A stretch of 64,000 nucleotides of DNA from Chara braunii (taxonomy: Eukaryota; Plantae; Charophyceae): contig BFEA01000011.1 in assembly GCA_003427395.1 (NCBI GenBank), forward strand, positions 1,342,202 to 1,406,201. Direction: 5' to 3'. Shown piece by piece: positions 12,401 to 24,405 of the stretch. The translations under genes were made by a program, and so were the position numbers. The notes beneath the pieces are model-generated. The model saw nothing but the letters and a program-made list of their open reading frames with translations, ran no database searches and was not told the DNA's origin. Every line of letters begins with the position of its first letter. Position 1 is the stretch's first letter.

Positions 12401-15400
12401 CGGGTTTTATTATTTTGAGCTTGGACGCGGCCGACGTAAGAGAGCGTGCTATCGGAATAATCAAGTGGCAAGGCTACGTCCACATGCGGAGGAGCTTTGC
12501 CGACCTTGTAGTACGAAGGCGTCAAGATAATTTTGTGAGATTGTCGTGGGGCCTCCATTGGACCTGGTTTTTTACACCACAGTGGTGCCTTTTATTTTGC
12601 GACCAAGGGTCTCGGGTTGCGTCGCGACAAGGCGACGGTACCACCCACCTGCTTGATTGGCGGTTCACGGCGGTAGCACCAATAAAATTGGTGTAGCATT
12701 CCAAGTGTGTCATCGCGGTCCGAGGGAGGTGCTGAGTGCGGCACATGCTCAAGGTGGACGACGGTGCAAACTTGAGGCGGTACGACGCAAGGGATTTTTT
12801 TGTAGCAAGAACAGCGCGAGTCCTTGACAATTTGGCGTGGTGGAACCTTTGGTATCAGTCCTTGGCACCATTGGGACCATTTGGGACTACGCCGCATCGA
12901 CGGCCCTATTGATTGGACGTCCGACACCTTGGCGTAGAGGGATCTATCTTGAAGTGTGTTGGCAACCGTCATTACATTGGGCCCGGCGGGACCAATTTGG
13001 AACCACGGGTGCCACTCATCACTTGTGGGACTTGCCGGAGCAAGCAAGGACCTCTCAATAATTGTTGAGGTTCACGACGCTTGTGATTTTCTATTCAAAA
13101 CATTTTGGAGCGTGGTTGGCGCTCAAGATTCGGCTTGGCTTTCTTGGGTGAGCCGGTCGGCATCAATGACACTTCACTCAAGGTCAGTTAATGACTCAGA
13201 CCCCTCACTCCCCACGTGAAACCACACTTTGCTTGCCCGATTTCTATTTCCTTGAATATTCAGTTGAAAGAAAGAAAGGTTGGTTTGTGTGTGCTCAAAT
13301 GTGAAAAGGGAAGTGTTGTCTGACCCCGGGTATTCCTGCCTACTCTCGGAATCTGTCTTGGCTTTGTACCTTGTTGCAGGCAATGTGAGAAAAAGTTTTG
13401 CATGTCCAATGAAGGCTAGGGTCTTGCGGGTCTAACGCTCCACCTATAAAATGCTTAAACGCTCCTTTGCTTTTTGGTTCGCAAGATCCTTGGTTGATTG
13501 AGGCTCATGAGGGAAGGATCTTGTCATTTATTATGCCTTCCTTTATTTGGCTAGGCGGTCTCCGCTTTGGGAATTCAACGATATGGGTCGTCCGTTATAT
13601 TGCTATAAAACGATCCTCGCCTATTACCCACGACAAGAATTGTAGGACGCGGTGAAACGGGTCGACGGGGCTCCTCTATTTTCACCTTTCCTTCTTCAAT
13701 TATCCTGCGCATAGGAAATAGCTCCAATAAGCATGCACCTAGCAGCGTCGTCTGGCTTGAGGGGCACCACGAAAGGATGGGTAGCTTACAACTCCCCTGG
13801 GCCTTGTGGGACTAAGCGGCGATAGAAATCGGCCTACATTTAGCCTGCACACGATTGACGTCGTTCTATATAAATAGCCCAGCTTCTTGTATACTTCACT
13901 TCACTACAAGGTTTTTGTCTTGCCGGTTCCCTTTCTAGGAGGACGACGGAAGTTGGTTCGTCGTGGCCTTTATCGCCTATCGTGCCAAACCTTGGCAAAA
14001 GGAGTGAGTCGGTCAGCCGAAGAAATGGGGACGTGGGTAGCAGACAACACGGGTGCCGCAAGAAGAGCTGCCTCGAGCAGTTCGCGACGAAGGGTGGCGA
14101 CGGTCGCCACCATCATGCTGTTTCCAAGCAATACGGAGACAAGAGCGTCTGCTGTAGCCGTGGCAGGATTTAGGCAAGGATGGGCGAGAGTCGGCCGCAT
14201 GGTCTTCCATTCCGCCGACGTCTTCCCGACCGAGGTGGAGCTCAAGGAAGACCAAGGAATCCTTGAGGACCCGCCACGGATTAATGCATTTGTGACAACG
14301 GCCATGAAGCTGGTACTGAGCGTTCGCGTCTGCCCCCTTAGGAAGACGCATCGGTTCAACATCGGGGTCGTCTACGACGTCTTGAACAAGTCTATCTACC
14401 GCAAGTTCGAGGACGAGATCATGTGGCTGTCCCTATGCATTATGCGGAACCACCACGCTCGGCAAGGACCATTCATATACATCGAGCATTACGATCGCGG
14501 TTGACCGTATGATGTCGGATTCCGTGTCACGGAGAGATGTGACGATCAGGCCCTTCAGCGGCAGGAGGAGAATTTGCTAAAGCTCTTTCGTATTTGATAA
14601 TGGGTCTCTGTGGGATGGTTGGAACTCGGCGCGATCGAACGATCCCCAGGTATCTCCTGATTCGAGATACGATCGAGGCTGACCGCATCGCCTGGGCGGC
14701 GAGGATGTCGATAGCGTTCGATGGGACTCCGACTCGATGGCCTGGCTTCGTCGGAATCGTCAACGACGGACGTGGGTTTCTTCCGGAAGAGCGATCGGGT
14801 ATTCGACCGAATGTGATTTGGTGTCCGAACGAGTTGCAAGGGCATACATTGTATTTCCATCGTGTCTCAAATATGGAGCTTGTCTCTCGAGTCACCGCTG
14901 GAGTACTCTTCAAACGATCCGAAGCGCGAATGGTGTTCCTTTGGCTTCGAGACACTTCCGCCCGACACCTTAAGCGCCTCGGTATACCTTTCTGGCCCGT
15001 CCTGTCGACATTGGCACGACGAATGGCGGAGCTCTACAGCACGAGCGACCTACAACTACGATGGCAAAGACGAGTGCGGAGGATGGCGATTAACGAGGCG
15101 TTCATCCAGCGGCATATCGGGCTAGATAGACGCGCTCGGACGACTCACACGCTTTACGGCCGCTAGGAGTCGTCCACCCTCTATAGGTCCCTCTTGAGTG
15201 GACCGTCCAGTGGAGGGTAGCGAGTTAGACTCCTACGATCGGATCATCAGGCTTCGCCCTCGAGAGGGCTAAAACATGATAAAACTCAGTAGTGCCGACC
15301 AAGAAAACATGGTCAGCCCGCCCCTATGAGTATCATTTTTCGCGACAAATTTCGCAGGCATTATGGTGAGGGGCGAAGGCGGCACATAGATCTTGTTCCT

Positions 15401-16466
15401 TTCCTTTGTATATATTTAAAATTGATGATCGTTCGCAATTAGGCGATAACCTCTGTACCAGGAGGGACACGAGTGGTTTGGATAACACGAAGTCACANGA
15501 AAAATAATAGAGAGTGTTTTTAGCATATCGCTACAACGTGGAGTTGCTTTTGNAAATTTGATTCAGTAAGTTTCTGTCTCTGCAAGTTGTGGCTGTCGAC
15601 AGTATCGAGGAGGTGATCCTCTTGTCTGTTTTCATGTACATCAATTGTGGAACGCTCTTGAAAACTTTCCTTTCAATTTTATGAGATAGTGAAGACAAAG
15701 GCATGTTCCCTGTCATCGAATCTCTCATACCTGCAAAAGATTGTTGTTTCCGTCTTTGGGATGATTCGCTACCTGTATGTTGCATTTGTATGTCTTCGTT
15801 TGCAACCTCTATGTGCCTTGGCTGTCATGTATGTGCTTTTTGGTAACGACTTCAAAAATGTTTGGTTGTAGCGCTCATGTGTCTTAATGCGACATCTGTG
15901 CGTGACCTGATCACCACCCTCGCGTGGTTGTTAGCAAAGTCTATTTATGTCTTGGTTATTTACGTTCATATGTTTGATTCCGACGTCTGAATGTCTCATG
16001 TAACCCATATGTGTGTTTTCTGCTGCAATGACACTGTCTACCGGAAAGCGTCTTTATAAAAGACTAGGAGAGACTTCGATGGGATCATCCTATATTCACC
16101 TATAAGAATTGTCTGTACTACGGCGAAACGAGCAAAACGCCCTTGGCTGGTCTACCTCTGCGATTGCATGTAAAAGCTTTCATATGTAGATCAGTAGCTC
16201 GGTAGGGATACGCCTCTGAGGATGGTGACAGCTCCTCAGGGAAGACGAGTTGTGCCTCTCGAGACCCTGACCTGTCGTAGGGGAACGCGAGAAGTACGAC
16301 TGGCGCACCCGGCTAGAGCGGCGAAACCCCGTCGTTCACCTCGATGAATTTTGGGGGAAGCATTCCGACTCTAAAAAGAAAAATATCGAACTCTTGCGTG
16401 ATGCGGCCGGGAGGTGCCCCTTTTGTGCGTGACGGCGCGAAGGGGGTGGGGGCGTTGCGTCCGAGA
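9496..16466 (+). repeat. 3' LTR of E1 (~6.97 kb)
   Basis: Starts TGTCGGGAC plus the ACCCTTACAAGGGT hairpin shared with the other LTR starts. The last 438 nt match window 1-438, and no PBS follows. Confidence 0.85.
14025..15166 (+). pseudogene. Unknown cargo ORF inside the E1 LTR (stop plus frameshift at ~14500-14595)
   Basis: Two long, non-low-complexity, GC3-rich ORFs in tandem, downstream of TATATAAATA at ~13867. No family recognised. Confidence 0.5.
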
Positions 16467-16860
16467 GCGCGATCTGCCGTCATTTTCATATCTGGTTGGT
16501 CCGACGCCTCTGGACTCGATCGAATTTGTTTTTCCTTTATCGCCTAAACCTTTCACTGGTTCAGATTGTGGTCGCCGCATCCCACGCGACCTTTTTCTTG
16601 TTCTCTTCCAACCCTCCGGCCCTTGCGGCCGAAGACTCTTAAGTTTTATTAACCCTTTCCGGTTCTCGTATGCGTCGTATCAGTGCGTATGATTACCCAG
16701 AAACCTCGGCCTCAATGGTCGAGAAGTTCGCTTCGCGACGCCATGCCAAAAAAATTCTCACTTTTCACTCCAGACTGTCTTCGGCACGGCAACTGGCGTT
16801 GATACTATATCGAATGCAAAATCATGAGCAAATACCCTTGTAAGGGTGTTTGCTCCGACA
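16467..16860 (-). mobile_element. 5' terminus of a related LTR (E0) on the minus strand, interrupted by E1
   Basis: The reverse complement from 16860 reads TGTCGGAGCAAACACCCTTACAAGGGTATTTGCTC, the family LTR-start motif. Confidence 0.8.
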
Positions 16861-18357
16861 TCTCGATCCTCAATGTCGCGGCCACGGCTAAGTACAGGCC
16901 CTTCGGGCCTTCTGATCAACTACGTGCCGTTGCTGGTCACACACACACTTAAGCCCACGAGTACACAAACAAGTTCGTGGACCAACAAGCACGCTTATCC
17001 GCAGGGTTGCGGGTCACACCCTTACACGGTACGACAAACACTCAGACATGCGTACAAACCAGCAAGCATACACGCAGGCCGCTCGTCGGACTGAGCCTAC
17101 TACTATATACATACTGAGTCGTTCCCCTCTTACTCGAAGTGGGAGCTAGCTCAGTAGGTTTCGGTAATGCTTAATAAGCAGGGGATGCGGGTATCGAGGC
17201 CGACTACCCTCTGAGCTATCTCCCTTTTGACACGGAGCTCTACTCTTGTTTGGTCGGATTTGGACCGTCGGGACTTGAACCCGCGACCTCGGATTTCGAA
17301 GTAGGTTAGAATTAGTTAGATACTGGTTGTCCTTGTCACGTGAATTCGACACTTGGCACACTAGGGAAGGGAGCAATAGTAGTTAGATTCAGTTAAAATT
17401 TGTTATTTTTCTTTATATTTTCTTTCATTTATTAATGTGTTCTTCATTTTATTTTATTCTCCTTATTTTATTATTTGTAATTTGTTTGTTTTTTCCTCGT
17501 CGAAAACTGCCCGATTTCGCGGGCAAATACGTTCCTGAGAGGCAAAACACTACCTCTATGGTGTGTCAAAGTCGGGACGGTCTGGCTCGCGGGCAGATCA
17601 AAGTCGTGTGGGCGCAACTTGCCTACGATCGCACAGGCGCAGACAGCGAGCCTATGCACCAAGGAGGAAGGCGGATGCCGAAACACGAAGAAGATGACCG
17701 CGCGTGGCGGGAACACAGTTGACTACGGATGGGCGGTCACATGGTCGACGATGAGCGAGAGGGCCGACGACACGTGCGAGGGTGTAAAAGAAAACGCGCA
17801 GAGGCAAAGAGGAGGATGCGCAACTAATGGAGATGGCAATAGGAAGAAGAGCGACACAACTCGGGGGTGAAGGAAGCAGTTTCGCACGCGAAGATTAAAG
17901 AAAGGGCGCGAGGGGATAGGACACTCGGTGAGTGAGGTCGCACGCGAAGAAGAAGAAGAAGAAGAAGAGGAAGAAAGAGACGAAGGAAAAGAGTGAGAGG
18001 TAAAGGAGATGGCCGCGCAGAAGGAGGAGGTGCGCGGAGGGAAGAAAGTGGTCGCATGGAAGAAGGAGGCGCACTGAGAAGAAGAAGAAGAAGTAGAAGG
18101 AAGAAGGAGAAAAGGAAGGAGAAGAAGAAGAAGAGGAAGAAGAAGAAGGAAAAGGGAATGAGGAGGAGAAGAACACTTACCTGACCGAGCGGTCAGACGA
18201 CGACGGCGACGACGACGATACAGACGGCGACATCGAAGATGAAGATGAGAGAACAAATAAGTCTTCAATCGTGCGACTTACCTCACGGTACTTCCCTCGA
18301 CAGGATGAGCAAAATCGAATGAATCGGGCACTAGAACATGGAAATGTGCACCGCCAC

Positions 18358-18362
<5 letters not shown>

Positions 18363-18446
<84 letters not shown>
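18363..18446. repeat. (TG)n microsatellite; others at 28175-28300 (TA), 33413-33596 (TG), 38305-38395 (GATT), 43511-43689 and 59279-59322 (GA), plus multiple (TAT)n
   Basis: Directly visible. Confidence 0.95.
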
Positions 18447-18448
<2 letters not shown>

Positions 18449-19017
18449 TAATAGAGAGAGAGAGTGGGAATATAGAATGGAAGAAGACGAACGTGTGGGC
18501 GATAAGAGGAAGAGTGGCGCAACACAGCGGGAGAAAGGTGGTGACGTGCGCAAATGAGGAAGAGTAGCGCAGCACAGCGGGAGGAAGATGGTGACGTGCG
18601 CAGATGAGGGAGTGAGCGCAAGAGAAAAGGAGGAAGACAGAAGAAGAGAAGGAGAAAGACGAAGGTGAAGACGACTATGACGAGACGAGTAAGACAAGAT
18701 GGAGAAGAAGAGAAGAAGAACGGAGAAGAAGATGTGCGTGAGGATGAAAATGCTGTGGGCATGATACGCCGGTACAATCACAAGTTCAACAGCACCTATT
18801 GTCAACTGACATTAATTACGACCCGGCCAATTGCGTGCATTAACGGTAGTTTTTTTTAAATGAATGAATCGAGCCGACGAACCCGACCCGTTCATCCATT
18901 TTATTGTTATTGATCACGTGGACTTTTATTTATTTTATATTTATTTGTTATTATTATTATTATTATTATAATTATTATTATTATTATTATTACTATTATT
19001 ACTATTATTATTATTAT

Positions 19018-19772
19018 CAGGATTACCTGACTGAACGTTCGGGGCCCCCGGGCTGGCCCCCGAACGTTCGGGCGTTCGGGGTCCTGTTCGGGGGCCGAAC
19101 ACCTCCAGGTTCGGCCCCCGCCAAAAAATTATTCGGGGCCTAAAAATAAGTTTTGTTTTCTGAAGTTTTTTTTCTGAGTTCTCTATGATGTAGGCTACAT
19201 GCCTATAAATTTTGAAGCCATTCTGCTAAGCCAAAACAAATTTAAAAATCGTCAAAGATGGGGGTGTTAAAACTTGCTCTCCCACTCACCATTTTTTTTT
19301 TTTCACTTTTAACTTTTTGTTTTCACTTTATTTCGAGGCTTAAAAAAAATTATTATTTTTTGATAAATTTTTAATGAGTAATTGATTATGTAAACTACAC
19401 ATCTGTAAATTTTGAGGGCATTTGTCGATGCCAAATAATAATTAAAAATCGGCAAAGATGGCGATGTCGAAAAGGTGCTGGCACACTCACTCATTTTAAT
19501 TCTCTTTTTATTTTTTCTTATTTTTATCGTAGTGTTTATTTTCTGTATTTGATGTTTTATTCAAATTTGGTAAAGAATTTGGATGTAGTGCCCAGGCAAA
19601 TATTGTTTAGTTTATTGTTCTCCATAACATAGTTTGATTTCGAAATTCTTTGAATTTGTTTTTTTTTTTTGTCCGCGTTCGGCCCGAACGGTCGAACGCC
19701 TTCCAAAGGGGTCCCGTACGTTCGGGTGTTCGGGTTCCGGCATTCGGCCCGTCCCGAATGCCGGCAACCCTG
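19018..19772. mobile_element. Non-autonomous hAT-like MITE in a (TAT)n microsatellite
   Basis: Termini CAGGATTACC / GGCAACCCTG with CCGAAC/GTTCGG subterminal repeats. Absent from the other LTR copy (~34110-34210). Confidence 0.8.
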
Positions 19773-20500
19773 ATTATAATCATTATCATTATTATTATTA
19801 TTATTATCATAATTATTTTATTAAATTTATTCTCACTTGTAATTGAGAATCAGGCCGAGAATGCGGCTGGATATGCGCTAAAGAATTAAGAATTAGTGAG
19901 GCAGTTGAATCGAACGTCGGGCAGGTAATGAGAACACAGGGGCATGTGGCCGCCCGACTATGCAACAGATAAGAAACGGGAGATGGTGGAGAAGAAAAAG
20001 GAGGAAGAAGAATAAGAAGAAGAAAAAGAAGCAGAAGAAGAAGAAGAAGAAGAGAAAAGAGCAGGCAGCCATAATCGAACTGCGCTGCTGTGTGCTGGAT
20101 GGGCACATGGTAGTCCTTGGATGTATGTGGCATTTGTGTGTTGGGGAATCGAGGTTGTGAGTGTTACGAGAGACATACCGGGCGCTCGAGGCGAACAACA
20201 TTGGTCGAGGTCTGCTCGTACTTGGGAAGTTGTTAAAGTCCTCATTGACATTGTAGTCTAGGCTAGATAGGATCTGTCATTCGTAGTCTGGGCGTCGAGC
20301 GCCAGATAGGATACCAATATTGGTTTTCATTGATAATGATGAGACTATTCCAGCATTGCGAATTATGAGCTTTTGTTGTGCTCTTATTTGATGGGACTGC
20401 TGCTGCAATTTTGCTTTTGGTTCAAAGTCACGACTATCTGGTCCCATGTGTATGATGATGCTTGGTTTCTGAAGTTCACTATCACTCATTTTCCCTGCAG

Positions 20501-20546
<46 letters not shown>

Positions 20547-22565
20547 TTATTATTATTATTATTATTAACTATCAAACTCGATATCCTTCACACTTCACAT
20601 GCATGCGAACAGGCGTGCAGCAAACTGGCAACAATCACCCACTGAAACTCAAAGATATGGTAGCCGAGAATCCAGTTTAGGTACAAGTTCACTTCCTTGG
20701 CTATGGCGACACAGCGCCCACACAACTCTCTGTTCAAACAACGGATCACCCTGGATACCCCGCACGTGAAACTTTGTATACACACATACACACACACACG
20801 TACACACACACACGCACACTACACTCTATCTACAACCATGGCGGCTATGGCCGCTGCTATCCTGTCGCTATGGCTAAGCTCCTCGCCCACTTCGTCTTCG
20901 GGCTCACTGCAGACCACCTCGCACAAGTCGTTGTGGCAGCGCTTTCGCATGGCTTATGCAGGAATGAAAGAATAGTTAGACGCTACCCTTTGATTTATGC
21001 TTATGTAGCTCGTTGGTCTGGCCCTTTCCACCAGGCCTTCGTGTACGCAGTCCCACACGGTACTTGCTTGACTGGACCCAGTGAGACTGAGACCGGTATC
21101 GGTGACTGAAAGAGGTTGCACTGCCAATTCGCCGACAGACCTCTATCCTAGCGGTTTCGACCTCTACACGGTTGTAACCCCTACTTGACAGATCTATAGT
21201 TCGAACCCCTATATCTACACAGACCTACGACTGACGAACAAACACACAGACAGCAACGAAAGACAGACAGACAGACAGATAGACACACAGACAGACAGAT
21301 AGACAAACAGACGGACCAAGACACACAGACACAGTAAAACATACACGGACATAGTGAAAAACAAAGTGCATAGTAACACTGTAACGGATACACAGCAACA
21401 AAGACACGCAGTCGCACAGACATACAGTCAAACAGTGCACAGTGACACACATACACAGATATACGGCAATACACAGATACACAGTCACGCGTTGACACAT
21501 ACGCAAGTGACACACGTATACACAGTGAAAACACACTCATACAGTCACCGTGACGCAGACCCTGTGAAAGACACACAATGTACAATGTAACACAGATCCA
21601 TACTCACAAAGATGCATGGTGACACAAACGCTATGAGACCGTGATGCACATTGTGATTACACACACAGACATAGTGAAACACACAGTCACTGTGACACAC
21701 ACAGTCACGACGACACAGACAATGTGACACATGAGCATACACAGTGGAAACAGACACAGTGACGCGCAGAGTGAAACACGTGACAGTCACAGTAACACAA
21801 ACACTATGATACAGACACACACACACACAGATACACAATCATACAGTCGGCGTGACGCAGACACGGTGAAAGGCACGCAGTGCACAATGACAAATACACG
21901 GTCACGCAGTGCACAACGACACATACACAGTCACATAGTGCACAATGACACATACACAGTCACATAGTGCACAATGACAGTGCACAATGACAAACACACA
22001 ATGAAACACAGTGATACACATAGACACATCAAGACACACTGTCACATAGTGACACACAAGGAAAGATGCATACCTGTGTGTGTGAAGGGTCGACTATGAT
22101 GTTGACGTCATGTACGTTGGTTTTCAAGGTCAAAGTGAGTCTGTTGCGTGAATGCGAGTGTAGAAGGACAGGCAAGTAGTGTAGGCTGGGCACGGGGGTG
22201 CACACAATCCCACATGGTACTTGTTGGATTGACAAAATGCAACTGGGACTGAGTATAGTTGACTAGGCCGGGGTAGACAGCCACTTGTGCAGTTGCCTAC
22301 GAACTGCCTACTTAGACTCACGAAAGGTTACTTCCGGGTCTTCCGGAAGACTGCAGACTTCACCTTTCGGCATCGTAACAGCAAAGACTTGTGTTACAGC
22401 TACAGCTCCTAAGGCACGGACACACAGTGAAACACAGGGAAACACACGCCGAGAGAGAGAGAACTTACTTGATTGCCACCAACTGTCAACCCTGAGAATA
22501 TTATTATTATTATTGTTATTTATTACTATTATTATTATCATTATTATCATTATTATCATTATCAC

Positions 22566-22604
<39 letters not shown>

Positions 22605-23437
22605 TATTATATCGATTTCATTTTCAACTGTGAGGTCAGCTATGTACGGAGAAGGAAAGTGAGCACGTACCTCGACTAGGGGCGGTATGGGGTGCTCGTC
22701 GCTGAAATGCGAGGTTTACCTTTCCTCTTCCCTTCTTTTATACCTTGTATCAGTACTACCCCAGATTATTGTGCATGCATTTGTGTCTGACTGTATGAAT
22801 TTGTGACCTTCTTCTTGATTAAATATGAGATAGGAAACTGTTACGCCTGTATGTGCAATGCTTGAAGTGATTCTGGAGTTCTTGTATTGTGAAAACTTGA
22901 TGGAACGCGGATGTCATGCAGGTCAATCTCGTTGTTTATTGTTGATGTGATTTGGGTATGATTAACTGTTCTAAAAACGCATCGTGAGAACGAGAAGTTC
23001 TCATATGGGTTGTCTCACCATGTGTATGTTTATTTTGGGAAGATACAAGCAGCGGAATGTGGACTCCGTCAAGTCCTGTCCTGCTTGATAGGGTCTTCTA
23101 ACATTGATGAGGGTTGGGACTACTGCAAAAGTTATTGGACTGCGCATTGTTATGTATGTATGGGATTATTGATTGGTTAACCCATGAGGGATGTATGTAT
23201 CCTTGTCGAAATGCTATGACTAACGCTCACCTTCTCTAAGTTAAACTGACTCAAGTCAAAGGTCGGTTGAAGGTCTTCTGAGAAATAGGTAATGAGGTGA
23301 GAGTTCTCATGTGGACTTCCTCATTAGGTGTTTTATTGAGTCATTGGGATGTCGCCCCGTGTGACCTGCTGATCTCACTCGAAGGCTTTCGATTGATCTA
23401 AGACACAAGGGTTCTTCTAAAAGAAGTAAACTAGCAG

Positions 23438-24405
23438 GGGTAATAAGAGGAGTGAGGTCCCGAGAGACCCGCCTTATTACCTAAATCTGTTTTGTGTTAA
23501 TAGGAAGAGTGAGACCCCGTGAGGTCTGCCCTATTACTAACCCGCGCAAAAGGAAGGTGGTGATAAGAGAAGCGAGGCTCCGAGAAGCCCCGCCTTATTA
23601 CCAACCAGCCATGCGTCAGGGCAAGTGTGTGGTAAGAGTAGCAAGGCTCCGAGAAGCCTGCCTTATCACACTAATAACACTAGCGGTGATAAGAGTAGCA
23701 AGGCTCCGAGAAGCCTGCCTTATCACACTAATAACACAGACGGTGATAAGAATAGCAAGGTTCCGAGAAACCTGCCTTATCACACTAATAACACAGGCGG
23801 TGATAAGAATAGCAAGGTTCCGAGAAACTTGCCTTATCACACTAATAACGCGGACAGTGATAAGAGTAGCAAGGCCCCGAGAGGCCTGCCCTATTGTCTA
23901 AACGGCACGGTTAAGGAAGAACGGTGATAAGAGAAGCAAGGCTCCGAGAAGCCTGCCTTATTACCAACCAGTCGTGCGTCAGGGCAAGTGTGTTATAAGA
24001 GTAGCAAGGCTCCGAGAAGCCTGCCTTATCGCAATAATGGCACGGACGGTGTGATTAGAGTAGCAAGGCTCCGAGAAGTCTGCCTTATCGCAATAATGAC
24101 ACGGACGGTGTGATAAGAGTAGCAAGGCTCCGAGAAGCCTGCCTTATTGCAATGATTCACTAACGATGTGATAAGAGTAGCAAGGCTCCGCGCAGTCTGC
24201 CTTATCACCTGTCTCTTATACACATCTAGATGTGTATAAGAGACAGGATAAGAGTAGCAAGGCTCCGAGCAGTCTGCCTTATCACAATGGTGTCACTAAC
24301 GATGTGATAAGAGTAGCAAGGCTCCGAGAAGCCTGCCTTATTGCAATAATGGCACAGACAATCTGATAAGAGGAGCGAGGCTCCGAGAAACCCACCTTAT
24401 TACCA
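23438..24405 (+). repeat. Tandem array of ~16 hairpin units (GTGATAAG-AGTA-GCAAGGCT-CCGAGA-AGCCTGC-CTTATCAC), period ~57-66 nt
   Basis: Directly visible repeats with self-complementary ends and compensatory changes in the apical stem. Confidence 0.9.
24209..24246. other. Nextera mate-pair junction adapter (assembly artefact)
   Basis: Exact CTGTCTCTTATACACATCT+AGATGTGTATAAGAGACAG (two Tn5 mosaic ends). Confidence 0.98.

Larger units (their letters stand above)
1..16466 (+). mobile_element. Ty3/Gypsy LTR retrotransposon E1 (5' LTR extends beyond the window), decayed
   Basis: LTR-PBS-gag-PR-RT-RH-IN-extra ORF-LTR order. The 3' LTR has TGTCGG...CCGAGA termini. Confidence 0.93.

Noticed and set aside
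17435-22680. Numerous ORFs with poly-H/T, V/C, Y, I, S, E/R runs (also 32480-39700, 41244-43800, 47386-48632)
   Set aside because: Translations of microsatellites, low-complexity DNA or N gaps.
23494-23927. Repetitive ORFs over the hairpin array
   Set aside because: Open frames arise from the 57-nt period. Conservation follows base pairing rather than codons.
24209-24246. Horizontally acquired Tn5/IS50 ends
   Set aside because: The mosaic end is synthetic, and the head-to-head pair is the Nextera junction adapter.
23438-24405. True CRISPR array (also 55091-56230)
   Set aside because: Eukaryotic LTR context and no cas genes. Linkers are recurrent or of very uneven length, and the array is duplicated with the LTR.
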